A stretch of 64,000 nt of DNA from Hypanus sabinus (GCF_030144855.1 NC_082718.1:90148001-90212000); one strand, 5' to 3'; positions 1 to 13,005 are shown, counted from the stretch's first letter. Translations and numbers: made by a program. The notes: generated from the letters alone by a model not told the origin.

Positions 1-1529
1 GGTCTATCGAGACTAATGGAGGTCTACACACTCACCTCACAACTCGTTAGAATGCCTATCTGCATCATCAGCAAATTGGACTAGGGTATGCTTGGTCCCT
101 CATCCATTTCACCCGGTTCACTAACAGTCTGTGAACATAGCACTGGGGTACCTCATAGTTACTGATCATTAACTTAAAATGGTCTGTTTATTCTGATTGT
201 TTGCTGTCCTAAACTGCCCTTCACCTACCGCAAGCGCTTTTAAAGTGCGTTCTGTTGTGAACCCAAAATTAAGTGAAACCTCTGCCATTTCCTATTATTA
301 GTTCCCCAGCCTCATCTTCCAAAGGACTAGTGCTCGTTTCAGCTACTCTTTTTATATTCACCCCTAAAAGTTCTTAACATCTGTTTTTTTTTGTCATGTT
401 TGATCATTTCCTCACATTCACTTAACTTTTGCTTCTATGTAATTCGTTTAGAATTGGTGATGGGACTCCCACTATACACTACCAATCTGGATAGGAAGGC
501 AGGGTGTATGATTGGTAAGTTTGTAGCTGATATGAGAGTTGATGATACAGAGATAGACGTTCTAACGAGTTGTGAGGTGAACACAAAGATAAGAGGCTGT
601 GCATACAGGTGAGAAATTATGACATTACCCCTCTATGGAAGGAAAAAAATCAAAAAGCAAAGTCCAAGTATCCCATAAGATAGTAAAGAGTGCATGCAGG
701 ATACCAGCTTTCATTAGCCAGAGCACGAAGGTCCTGGTAGAACATAATGAAATATTGGTTTTTTTTTTGCTGTGTCCAGTTCTGATCTCCACACAACAGG
801 AACGGAGTGATTGCACTGGAGAGGGTGCAGATGAGATCCACTAAGTGGCTGTTTGGAATGGAGTGTTTCATTTCTGAGGAAAGATCAGATAGACTGGATG
901 CAATATATCCAAAATGCTGGTCAGGTAGCATCTAGAACCATAGATCACTACAGCACAGAAAACAGGCCATTCAGCCCCTCTAATTTGTGCTGAAACTTTA
1001 CTCTGCTAGTCCCACTGACCTGCACCCAATCCATGTGTCTATCCAATCAGTTTAAAACTTAAATTAATACATAATCGACATTTGGACCGCGACGTCAGGA
1101 CTGAAGTTGTGTTTTTCTCGGAGCAAGTGAGGCTGAAGGAAGAATCTGACTGAGGTGATACATAGATCACGAGGTCACAGACAAGGAGGGTGATAGTAGG
1201 AAACTTTTCCCCCACAACTGAGGTGGGAAAGCACAGTCTGTGAAAGAGAAAGAATGTTTTGAGGGTTACAGTCAGATTTCCAACATCTGCAGTTTTTTTT
1301 CTGTCATGCCTGCCTTGAGTAATTTGCAGTGAGGAAGAAGAATGAGAGAGTAGTCCAGTCACACACATGACGGCCACTTTAGCTTCAGGGTAAGAGGGAA
1401 AATGTTTAGATGGGACCTGAGGAAGAATTTCTTCACCCAGAGGATAGCTGCAGTCTGGAACCATTGTACTGATGATGAAAACAAGCACCTGAAGACACAG
1501 AGGGCAAAGGACCGGAAGCTGGTAATGTT

Positions 1530-3170
1530 ATGGGTAACTGGTGGTCGGCAGGGGCCCGATGGACCGAATGGTAGCCGGGAAAGAAGTTTATCGGTGTACG
1601 CAGAGGCTCGAAAACCGGGCTTACGGGCGCAGTGGGGCTGCTCGCGGTCACCGTTCTCCCAACATCAGTCATCGGCCTCCAGGGAAAGGAATGAAGGTCC
1701 TTTAAACAAATGTTGAACCGCTCGCTGTACCGCGGCAGAGTTTTATTGACGACAGCGGCCTGGAGTTTGGAATACAACCCTCTGCGGGGGGAAAAACGTC
1801 CACCTTTCGAGTCCAGCTCAACTCGGCGTAATTTCTAGGGTCGTATTTCACACACAAAAAAAATCAGAACTCAACACAATATCGTTTCTATAAGTAGCCA
1901 GGATCTCGTTATAGGGCTTCGCCATCCGCTCGTTTTGGTTTAGAACTTCATCCAAATCAGTAGGTGGCACTGATGTAGAAAGTGTAAATGCTTCTCGGTG
2001 TAACGCGCAAACGACACCAAGAACATAAAACGCTGTTTTTTTATTTTCTGTGTGAATATATATTATGATGAATAAGATTTATTTTGGAACAAGAGGCACA
2101 AGGTTAGGTACTTGGCGAGGTTTGAAGCAGTCGGTGGTGGACGCGAGTCTAGCGGGTCGGAAAGAACAAAACCGGAGGCGCCTGCTGGATACGGTCCCGG
2201 TGCGTGAAATTACCTCGCGATACATCAGCCTCGCTGGAGGCGAAGGGAAAAACAACATAATTCCTAGGCTTCAGTCAGGAAAAGCGGAAGGAAACGGTTA
2301 GTGTTCGGGAAAAGCGTGAGCAGTACAGTATTTGGGTCAAAGTGCATCTGAAAATCCAAAAGTGTGGAATATATATTGAAACCCCTTGTGAGTGAGCATA
2401 GTCCGCTTTCGATCTCTGCGTGTGCTTTATTCGCATTTTTGGACTCTTGTCTTCTCGTGACCGGCGAAAATTACTAAATGGGCTGTTTTTAGTGCGAGGT
2501 AACATTTCGGAGTTTCACAGCGCGGGACTAACACGGTCCTGGCTGGGTTCAGATAAACGGCCCTGACTCTTAAAAGCTGTTTTTGACAGGCAGAGTTGGC
2601 TCCGCTCGGTCACATGATCCTGAGAGCTTCCCCGCAACAGTAGCACCGGTGAGTCGTTTAATTCGCCCCTAATTAGTGCAGAGGGCAGTTCATAATGAAG
2701 GATTACTGCACCGTTGCTGAGATATTACCTGGTGCCCTACCTTTCAATCAGCTTCGCCGCAGGGTGACGGTCTTTGCCCGTGTACTAGTTGTGTGAAATT
2801 GCTGTGGTCACATTTCCTGCAAGACGAGAGCTCCGTGAACTTTTTTTTTCAGAAGTTGGACTCCTTTACAGCCAGGTTTCAGCGTTCTGGTGGCTAATCT
2901 GGAATGACAAGTCTATTGGTGTCCCTCTGAGGCCAACCAAGAACAAGCTGGGTTGTACCCGGCGTGGCAGTCCGCTGGTATCCCGAAGGTAGTGTTGTAT
3001 CAGGCTTGTGGTTGTAATCAGGGCGTGTTATTGGTTGCATATTTGAGTCACTAAACCAGCAATTTCTGTTCCCCAAAAGCTATCTGATGCATTTCCTTAC
3101 AGTTGAAGCCAAAGTGGAATTGGCTGCGTTATCTCAGACAACGGCTGACGGTTATTTTTAAACGCGTCCC
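1530..3170. promoter_or_regulatory. CpG-rich promoter region of HVCN1; probable non-coding exon ending at 2648 (CCG|GTGAGT donor)
   Basis: High CpG density against a CpG-depleted background, directly upstream of the first coding exon; strong donor at 2649. Boundaries approximate. Confidence 0.65.
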
Positions 3171-3466
3171 TGTTATTTTGGAGTTAAATACTTCCCAGTT
3201 TAAGATGTGGTTTTAACCTCTTTTATTACAGATTTAAGTCGTTTTTGGCAAACTTAGAAACTATGAAGTGGGCAGCACCTGTTGACTGCAGATGTTTTAG
3301 TTAAAATTAAATAATGTTCATTATTGCTTCCTCTGTCTCTGTGCTCTGTAATCTGTACGTACACCTGAACGTTTAGCTTGTCTCGGGAGGCAGGCTCTCA
3401 AATCTTGAAGCATTTTATCTGCTTGTTTTATAGGACTGAAGTTATTGTCATCATATTTTTTGATCA

Positions 3467-3628
3467 ATGGCAAGAATCTTAAGATACTTCACCACTGTGG
3501 GCGATGACTACCAGAAATGGCAAGCCGAAGATGAGTGTAATGAAGATGCCGATGAAGAAAGTGTTCCTTCCAAATTCAGTTCTCTCAGGGATGTTCTTAA
3601 GTGGCTTTTTAACTCCAAGAAGTTCCAG
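3467..3628 (+). CDS. HVCN1: Voltage-gated proton channel Hv1, coding exon 1 (MARILRYFTTVGDDY...KKFQ)
   Basis: Acceptor tttatag at 3433, ATG at 3467, FTxVGDDY motif of the Hv1 N-terminus, donor CAG|GTACTA. Confidence 0.95.
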
Positions 3629-4914
3629 GTACTACTTGCATTTAACCACAAGGATTGAGAATTAGAAGTACAGGAGTTTTACTGATCTTGAATCCTTTTA
3701 AGTTTATCCTTAACTGATCTTAAAATATACAGTCTTAGGGTTGCAGAAATATTGTGTGCTGTTCAATAAATGCACACAAATAGTAACAGGATTATGGAAT
3801 AACCTACAGTGGTTTGGTTGCCTAGCAATGCATTAATTACAACATTGGTTTACACTACATTTGTGTCTTTATCAGCTTGTCTCTAATTTGGATAGAAGGA
3901 AAAATTCTTTTTGAGCCCCTTGTATTAACTGTAGCCCACAGTTCTTTAAAACCTAGAAAGTGAGATTTAAGCCATTTCATGAAGCTTGCCTAAACCAGGA
4001 GGCAAATTGCACAAGCTGCTATAATTCAAGGGCTCTTCATCCTTCCCCTTAGTATATGAAACCTGACGCACATTGAATACGTAGTGCCTTTGTCAAATTT
4101 AATAAAAATTGATTGTAGGATTGATTTTGATATCATTGAATTTATTTACTTATTGAGCACACACACACACACACACCTACCTAATCAGGGGAATATCTAC
4201 AATGATCAGTTAACTTACCAACCAATACACCTTTGGACTGTGGAAGAAAACGGAGAACACACGAACTCCTTCCAGGCAGCAGTGGGAATTGAACCCTGGT
4301 CGCCTGTGCCAACCACACTTGTGCTGCCCATTGGCTGATCTAATGTTACTTGCTGGCCTGACCTGGCATTATCGTTGCAGATGTGGAGCTGGGAGATGGA
4401 AAGATTAAAGAAGCAATGTGATATTTGAAAGCATTTTTAATTCTGTAGAAAATGAAGTTTGAAATGTGTTTCCAAACTAGCAAATATAGTGAAGATTTAC
4501 TGTCCTTAAATGATTTGGCCAAAAGTAGAATTGAAGTCAGCAATATTTAATGTAATGGAAAGGTCAGCTGTAGCATGCAGTTGGTCAGAGTTGAGCAACC
4601 TCAGTGCACACTAGAGTATGATATTGGATAAAAGACTGCTTTTTTTGACTAGGAAAAGATTTTTATCTTTGGTTTATTTGCTTCATCAGGAAATTAAAGT
4701 AGCGAGACTGATTCCAAGGCGCTTTGAATTATTTATCTGATGGCGACTGACTTTTTTTCCAATACAGTTTTGTTCTTGTATTGCCCTATTCATTGTGCAT
4801 TACACAAGCATTCTGAAAACTAATGGCTATGAAACAGGAAATCAAAGCTGCCAACAGTTATATGATTTATTTCACACCAGCAAGCTTTCTATAAATCTGG
4901 AAAATGATTAGTTT

Positions 4915-5135
4915 ACAAAATCTGCAGATGCTGGAAATCCAAGCAACGCACGCACACAATGCTAGAGGAATTCAGCAGGTCAGGCAACATCTATGGAAAA
5001 GAGTAAACAGTCGACATTTTGGGGCTGATGAAGGGTCTCAGCCTAAAACGTCGACTGTATTCTTTTCCATGGATGCTGCCTGGCCTGCTGAGTTCCTCCA
5101 GCATTTTGTATTACTTTGATTTCCAGCATCTGCAA
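4915..5135. mobile_element. Short palindromic Penelope-derived element with a decayed hammerhead motif
   Basis: Inverted arms TGCAGATGCTGGAAATC...GATTTCCAGCATCTGCA; CTGATGA AGGG..CCT AAAACGTC core. Confidence 0.7.
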
Positions 5136-5446
5136 ATATTTCTTGTTTAGCTGTCAGTAACGTCCATTCATTTTAATTTTCATTCACAAATAAGGGGAAC
5201 AAATAAAACAAAATCCATTTTTAATGGTAGTCAGGTCTAATATTAATTACTATTTTAAATGTCTATTTTTAAAATGCTGGAATAAATGTCGGACTCTGTC
5301 AAAGGAATCAATCTGACCTTTGTTACCTGTCCTTTTCTACAAATGGAGTGTGGGTCATTCATGCCATTTAATACATGGAAAGAGTAGAGTTTGTCAGATA
5401 TATTTCATTGTTCCCAAGCTGCAGATTTTTGTATATGGAGAATATT

Positions 5447-6297
5447 TTAATAGAATAAGCAAGAAAGTGGCAAAAGAAATACAATGTTGGAAAATGCATG
5501 GTCATGCACTTTGGTAGAAGAAATAAATGTGCAGACTAGTTTCTAAGTGGGGAGAAAAAAATTTAAGAAAAAGATACGAAGGGACTTCGAAGTCCTCACG
5601 CAGAATACCCTGAAGTTTAATTTGCAGGTTGAGTCGGTGGTGAGGAAGGCAAATGCAATGTTAGCATTCATTTCAAGAGGTCTAGAATATAAGAGTAGTA
5701 GGGATGTGATGCTGAGGCTTTATACAGCACTGGTGAGGCCTCACTTTGAGTGATGTGAACAGTTTTGGGCTGCTTTTCTAAGAAAGAATGTGCTAACATT
5801 GGAGAGGGTTCAGAGGAGGTTCACAAGGATGATTCTGGGAATGAAAGGGTTATCATGTGAGGAACGTTTGGCTCTGGGCCTGCACTTGCTGGACTCTTAA
5901 TTAAGAGCAGGTATCTCATTGGAACCTTTTGAATGTTGAAAGGCCTAGACAGAGTAGATGTGGAAAGGATGTTTCCCACGGTGGGGGGGGGGGGTGTCCA
6001 GGGCAAGAAGGCACAGCCTCAGGGTAGAGGGGTGTTTATTTAAAACAGTGATGCATAGAAATTTCTTTAGAGGGTGGTGAATTTGTGGAATTTGTTTCCA
6101 CAGGCAGCTGTGGAGGCCAAGTTGTTGGATGTACTTAAGGCAGAGTTTGATAGGTTCTTGATTGGCCACAGCATAAAAGGTTATGGGGAGTAGGTCGAGG
6201 AGTGGGGCTTGGGAGGGGAAGGGGGGAAGAATCAGCATGAATTAATGGCAGAGCAGACTCGATGGGCCAAATGGCCTAATTCTGCTCCTATATCTTT
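5447..6297 (+). mobile_element. CR1 LINE 3' fragment
   Basis: KANAMLAFISRGLEYK...ALVRPH RT C-terminal peptide and CR1-type 3' end; boundaries approximate. Confidence 0.8.
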
Positions 6298-8217
6298 CGG
6301 ACTGGTTTTTCTATTGAGCTAATTATTCTGTCGCATTACCGGTTATGATCGGCTAAATGCATTTGAAAAGTCTCAATTCAATAAAATTTTGAGTAAGTTT
6401 GCAGTCCAAGGAAGCTATTAAATATTACAATCAACTTTCCATTTAATATTTTATTATATAGCTTCTGGACCAACCATTGCTCTGAGCAGGAAATTTTTAC
6501 ACCACCTGAAAACTCCACAGCACTTTATGCGTACTTTTTTTGTAATATCCACATCAAACAAATACCAGCCACAACTTGTAACATAAATAAACGATGTTGG
6601 GCAGTCAAAACAACTGACAGGCACAACAGCAAATGTAAAATGTTTTGACGAGATGGCGCTGGCATTCAGCAGGTTGGTGGTTTATTACGAGTGAGCTATT
6701 TGCTTCCATTCTGTGTTTACTATTACAATTTGTAACAGTGTTGTAACTTGAAACACTGGCAATGTAAGCACATTGAAGCTCTAAAATGTTTCAAAGTAAA
6801 GGTCGTGGTATGTTTATTATTTAGAAAATGTATGGATTATATTTATTAATACATAATTAATTACAGGGTATTTCACAATTATATTAGCATAATTTAAAAG
6901 TTATATTAACATCATACAAAAGAAAATTCCAGTTATGCAGCAGCAATGGCTATGTGCATAGGAGCATTTCAGTTGTTGCATGACTGCACCCACACAGTTT
7001 CGAGGGAAGGGTGATTACCATCATAGAGGAGGCTCTTTAGTCTGTTGAGTGGTAGCTGTCTGTACAACTACATTAGTCTACTTCATTCCCATGCTCTTCC
7101 CCCATAGCCCCGCAAATTGTATTCTCTCAAGCACCTGTCCAATTATGACCTTTTGTATGGTTCTGACTTGCTCTGATCTAACACTTGCCAGGACTCACAT
7201 CCATCCAAAAGCCTGGTGTCCAGAATTGGATAAAATATTATACTAGTTCTTCTCTCTCTGTGGAGTGTGTTTCATTGAATGTAGTAGTAGGCAGCCGTCG
7301 ACCCCAGGGTATCATGGGTTTGCGCCTCTGGTAGTCTCTGTCCTCTCCAGGGTGCAAGCCTGGCCAGGAAGATTTGAAGAACTGGCTGTTGCCCATGCAG
7401 TGGGCTCCCACTCTTCATGTCACTGATGTCGTCCAAGGGAATGGCAAGCGCCGATACAGCTTGACACCAGTGTCGTTGCAGGGGTTGCCAGAGTGAAATT
7501 GCAAACAACAAACAACATCAAACTACCTTGGGTACCCGTACCCTGGCTCCATAGTTCTTCCTCGGTGTTCACTCCCGAAGCCTTTCCAACAGGGTGGGTA
7601 TGGCTGCAAGGCTGCGGTGGTTTAAAATCAGAGTTTTCCTTCTCCTATGCAGGCTGCCATCCAAGGCTGAAGCAACTGGTTTTGAGGCACCAGTGTCCAC
7701 CTTTGCCCCTTCTCCTGTCAGCAGAAACAGTTCTGCCGGGCCTAGTAGCTAAGCCACATGTGAAGGCCAAGAGTTGGACTTGGTTGTCAGAGGCTGTTAG
7801 AGACACACACCATTTGGAGCACTTTATAGGTAGTGGGAGTTTATCCCCACCACCAGCCCCAGCTATGACAACCTTAGGAATCAAAGTATTCAAGCACAAG
7901 GTTGACAGGATTTTGGAGAAATGTAGGGTTAAAGGGATTAGGCAGGACAGGAGTTGAGGCCTGACTCCATGAATGATGTTGCTCTGCCTGAAGTGAGGCA
8001 TAGCTGCCTCAAGCTTCTATTTCTTAAGTACTAGGTAAGCTGTAGTTCAAAATCCATTTTGAAATAAAAAAATGTTTACATTTTAATCCGTGTGCTCTAA
8101 TTCATTAATGTTTTTCTGTTTTAACCAATAAAATCCATTATGAAGTTGTACATCTCTTAAATCTCCCCCCTGCTGCCTTTCCTCCATTGAGAGCAAGTGA
8201 ACCCCCTCTGTTTAGAG

Positions 8218-8265
8218 CAGGAGTTCCCAACATGGGATCCACAGCATAAAAGTTCAAGACCTCTG
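8218..8265. mobile_element. 48-bp hAT-type miniature element
   Basis: 8-bp TSD GTTTAGAG (8210-8217, 8266-8273); CAGGAGTTCCCAAC...GACCTCTG ends. Confidence 0.65.
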
Positions 8266-9237
8266 GTTTAGAGTTAAAAACAAAACTCCTCCTCCCCAGA
8301 ACAATTCCAGGAAGTCTTTTTCTGAAACTCTCCAAACTGTGGCAACTAGAATTCTACATGGTGCTTCAGTTGTGGCAAATGAATTTGTTATACACTAGGC
8401 TGCATTGAAATTATTTGCTTGTGTGAAGTTAACACCCAGTATTTTGTGAAGGTTCTTTGCAAACTCAGTTAAGCCTTGTGATACAATAACAGAAGATATG
8501 TAATTAATTTTATTTCTCAAATGTTGAACATTAATGTAATTTTACTACCTCAATAACAGTAATATTAAAGATCAATGTAGTTGGTACTAGAAGAGATTTA
8601 AATGGCCTTCAACCAATTAAACTTTCAAATGATGGCCATGTTTTGTAGCCAACACTATTTTTTGAATAATATTTTTTAAAAATAGTAAGCTGCCTCATCA
8701 CTAAAGAACTTCTAAAAAATTAAGATGGAGCTAAATTTGGCCATCTGTGTACCCACTATTTAATTTCTACTATTAGCTGCTAGCAGTGAAATGTTAATTA
8801 TTTCTGAAATGAAATTAATGCTTTAGAAATGTGGAAGTGAATAACCAGAGAAGACCAAGCTTGCTGAACCATTTTTTAAAAAAAGATTGTGTGCTACAGT
8901 CCACCTTCTGTTTTATTTTCCCATATCCATTAATTCTGTTAGTAACTATTTTTGAAATCTCTGCCTTGAATATATTTGGTGTTTCTTAAATTAGTCAATG
9001 ATTAAAAATGGTGAAGGTTGTAGAGAAAGGAATTGGAATCAAATTTATCACTAATATTGATTTTCTTAAAAATTATTTCTAAAGCAAACTTCCGTTTCCA
9101 GGCAGCCAAAGTTGATTACATTGAACTTGAGCGGGGAAGTTAAAAGCCTGCTTTGAATAGGATTAGCTCAAACAGTGTGTAATGGTCATGTTTGCTTTAC
9201 CTGTATTTCAATTTTGATTTTTTTTTAAAATAAACAG

Positions 9238-9342
9238 ATTGCCATTGTGTGTTTGGTCATTTTGGATGCCCTGTTCGTGCTTTGTGAGTTGCTAATGGAT
9301 TTATCTATTGTTAAGGCAGACAAGGAGAAAATAGCCCCCCAG
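9238..9342 (+). CDS. HVCN1: Hv1 coding exon 2, S1 helix (IAIVCLVILDALFVLCELLMDL...)
   Basis: AG/GT bounded, 105 nt, phase 0; contains the selectivity-filter Asp (human D112 equivalent). Confidence 0.96.
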
Positions 9343-10389
9343 GTATGATTAGATAAATTTTTATATATATATCTGATTTGCACAGTAATGCCTTGCATTT
9401 ATAAACCATTGAAGCACATAATAGAGGAAAAAGCTGAAGGATAGAACCTCATTGAGTATCAGCTATCATGTCAGAGAGGCAGCTGTTCAGAATTAATGGG
9501 GACAACATTCTGACTTATCATCACCCTTTTGTGTACTTACTGCCCATTACGCTGCGGGTGTTTGGGGCAGCGAGGAAGGTCCAATGCCTCTGGCGGTGTT
9601 CAGGGCTTCCTTCATCGTGTCAATAGCTTCCTCTTGGGTTTCGCCACCGTCAGTCATGCACGGCCCGGGTAGAGACTTGTGAATACCACCACTCTCTGAT
9701 GTAGAATGATTCTTCATTACTGTTTTGTTTTGCCAGTCAGGGTTGTTGGAGCTGAGCTGAGCCCCCGAACCTGGAGGACTGGTGGATCATTTTGAGTCTG
9801 ACCTCTACCCTTTGACTTGTTTGGCATGGGTGACCCCACCAAAACAAGCTACATTGTTATTTTTTTTTTACTCAAGATGTTTATATTGGCATTTGATTTC
9901 AACCCTCTTGCCTTTCCACAGTTGAATCTAATGAAAACCATTTCAGAAGTCTGAATGATTGAGTTTGAAAAAGCACGTTGCTGCCATCATCAATACTTCA
10001 GGCTCCACTTCTCAAATTAATTTATCTCAAAGGCGTCACTGTGTTCTGTTTAAATTCTATTGCTACTAAAATTTTCACTGTCTTTTATCTTGAGGTCACT
10101 ATAAATTCAAAAAAAGTCTTCAATCTATTTAAAAAATAATCCCAATCCCTTGTCAAATTTGTCCATTCTAGTCTCCACTTTCAACTAGTGCAGTAAATTC
10201 CTTATAATTTTTTTTTTGCCTGATTGAGGAATATGGAGCCAAAGAAAGTCAAAAGAAATTATTTGTATAAAATATATGCTGAAAAATAATTTTCATTATT
10301 GCTGTTGTCCCCCGTGTGGTCTAGTACGTGGATCTAAACTCTGCAGCCTTGAAAATCAATATGCTGTTGATTTGCAAGTTTGAGTTGTA

Positions 10390-10800
10390 GAGCATGACAG
10401 CACTGAAACAAGCCTTTTGGCTCATCTAGTCTGTGCTGAACTATTACTCTGCCTAGTCCCATCGACCTGTAGCAGGACTATAGCCCTTTATACCCTTGCC
10501 ATCCACGTATTTATCCAAACTTTTCTTAAATGTTGACATCAAACCCGCATCCACCACTTGTGCTGGCAGCTTGTTCCACACTCCCTCCACCCTCTGAGTG
10601 AGGAAGTGCCCTCTCATATGCCCCTTAAACATTTTATCTTTCACCTTTAACCCATGACCTCTAGTTCTAGTCTTACCCATCCTCAGTGGAAAAGGCCTCT
10701 TTCCACTCTTTACCTCTGTTAAATCTCCCCCCTCCCATTCCCCTATGCTCCAGGGGATAAAGTCCTAACCTAGTCAACCTATCCTGCGACAGGTCCTCAA
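10390..10800 (-). mobile_element. CR1 LINE 3' fragment
   Basis: TRGHGLK...FLTQRVEGVWNKLP peptide. Confidence 0.75.
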
Positions 10801-11359
10801 GTCATAGCTTCTTTTAGTGTTTAGATGCCACTCGCTATATTAAGATCTTGCTAATGTAGACTGTGCCACAAAGAACTGATGCATCTGTATATTTACTCAT
10901 GGGAAATGAACAAACTGGTGATTATTTGTTGTGTCAGTGGATTGTCAAGGTCATTACTAAATAAAAAGGTCCGAAGGTTCATTTATTATCAAAGTGTATA
11001 GAACTCTGAGATTCGTCTTCTCCAGATAGCCATGAACCAAAGCATGGAAGTCATTAAAAGAAAAGCAAATCTTGCAAACAGCAGCACGATTATCAACTCC
11101 CCACCCCACGCAAAAGAACTAACAAATCGCACCAAACAGCAGCAAGAACATCAGACCCCCATCCCCCTCACTCACACAAAAAGATTTGCAAGTCACGCCA
11201 GATGGCAACAAGAAAGCACAGAAAATAATGTGCGTTGTAAAGATTGTATAATGAAATGACTGCCTGTAGGACAATCTGCCTTTTTTTTTGCTCCAAATCA
11301 GTATTCTTTTATTTAATTGCTTTGTTGCTGTGGATTTAATAATGTTCTGTCTTTTACAG

Positions 11360-11591
11360 GTGTTTCACTACCTGAGTATTACTATTCTGATCATCTTTAT
11401 TCTGGAGTTAGCTGGGAAACTGTATGCCTTCCGCTTAGAATTTTTCTGGCACAAATTTGAAGTTCTGGATGGTGTCATAGTAATTGTATCATTCGTTCTT
11501 GATATCGTCTACATTTCCCGGGAAGATGCTTTTGATGGTCTGGGCTTGCTCATACTACTGCGACTATGGAGAGTGGCAAGAATAATAAATG
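11360..11591 (+). CDS. HVCN1: Hv1 coding exon 3, S2-S4 (VFHYLS...[12 protein letters not shown])
   Basis: 232 nt, AG/GT bounded, RxWRxxR Hv1 signature. Confidence 0.97.
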
Positions 11592-11679
11592 GTACATTTT
11601 ATTATAGAGTATCTTTAAATGTAGTGAAGAGGTGGGGAAATGGATCTCTTTGTTATAAATATTTTTGCTTGGCATAGGC

Positions 11680-12275
11680 TGCAGAATACAGCCATTCAGC
11701 CCATTGTCTGCTCTGCCATTCCATCGTGGCTGATTTATTATCCCTCTCAACCCTATTCTCCAGCCATCTCCACGTAACCTTTGACTCCCTTACTAATCAA
11801 GAGCCAATCTCTGCTTTAAATATACCCAATGACTTGGCCTCCAGAGCTGTCTATGGTAATAAGTTCCATTTGATACACCAGCCTCTGGGTAAAGTTCCTC
11901 CATCTCTGTTCCAAAGGAATGTCAATGTATTCTGAGATTATGCCCTCTAGTCCTAGACTCCCCCACTGTTGGAAACAACTTCTCCATGCCCACTCTATTT
12001 AGGCCTTTCAATATTCAATAGGTTTCATTGAGATCCTCCCTCGTTCTCCTAAACTCCAGAGAGTACAGGTCCTGAACCGACATGTGCTCCTTGTATGTTA
12101 ACTCTTTCGTTCTTGGGATAATTGTCCTAAACCTCCTCTGGACCCTCTCCCATGCCAGTACATTCTTTCCTAGATAAGGGGTCCAAAACTGCTGACAATA
12201 CTTCCGAGTGTGGTCTGACCAATGCTTTAAAGCTTCAACAATACATCCTTGCTTTTGTATTCTAATCCTCTTGAC
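11680..12275 (-). mobile_element. CR1 LINE 3' fragment
   Basis: Reverse-complement similarity to the 5447-6297 copy. Confidence 0.7.
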
Positions 12276-12729
12276 ACTATATAAAATAATGTAATTTGAA
12301 TAATGAATAATTTTTTGCTTACTAAATGTATTTTTAAAAACTTCATAATTGAAAATTACATTTTTAAATGTAAAATCAGGATGTGTATTAGCTGCTGTTA
12401 GGTTTGTTATAAATTCTAACTTTCTTGAGGCTTGTGCCTGAAATTTTAATGTCCTAAAGGAATGTCCTAAAGATTGTTCAAGCTGAGGCTTTTATGTGGT
12501 GCCTCCAATCATCACAACTCTTCATGAGAAGATTGCAAAGAGAGTAAAGTTAACATTTTCAAGCTGACCAAATGGAGTCGGGTCAATTTTGTAAATTACC
12601 TGTATTGCAGGGAGGTTGTTATAATTGCTGCCTACTGGGATTATATCGTATTGGATATGGCTTCTAAAATTTAAGGACAACTGACTATTGTGTGAATTTC
12701 ATAATTATCTCTCATTTCTTGTTGTAAAG

Positions 12730-12842
12730 GGATCTTTCTGGCTATGAAGTCACGGCAAAAGAAGAAAGAAATTGAACTGAAACGAGCCAACAGCAATCTC
12801 AGTCAGAAAGTGGGTGAGCTGCAGAGTCAGTGCACTGAACTG
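12730..12842 (+). CDS. HVCN1: Hv1 coding exon 4, coiled coil (IFLAMKSR...QSQCTEL)
   Basis: 113 nt, phase-compatible, AG|...|GTAAGA. Confidence 0.93.
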
Positions 12843-12915
12843 GTAAGAGCACCCACCTTGAAGAAAGGTATTCATTTTTAAATGACTAGATTTTAAATGG
12901 TCATTCCTTTTGCAG

Positions 12916-13005
12916 ACACAAGAAGTTGAGAGACTTCGTCGACTGCTCCAGGAACACAGAATAAACTACCAGATCAACGAAGAAACTTCTTTAAAGGTGT
13001 ATTAA
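12916..13005 (+). CDS. HVCN1: Hv1 last coding exon (TQEVERLRRLLQEH...KVY*)
   Basis: Acceptor ttttgcag at 12915; stop TAA 13003-13005; AATAAA at 13135-13140; spliced ORF 233 aa. Confidence 0.93.
   Translation, partial: TQEVERLRRLLQEHRINYQINEETSLKVY

Noticed and set aside
1433-1925. Minus-strand ORFs as a protein-coding gene
   Set aside because: The ATG at 1925 hits a stop after 25 codons; the 114-aa ORF has no recognisable family and runs into CR1 sequence
7290-7960. Overlapping 79-154 aa ORFs on both strands
   Set aside because: Sequence resembles retroposon-derived repeat; no splice or homology support; family not confidently assignable
11288-11677. 129-aa ORF as a standalone membrane protein
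   Set aside because: It is HVCN1 exon 11360-11591 plus intronic read-through
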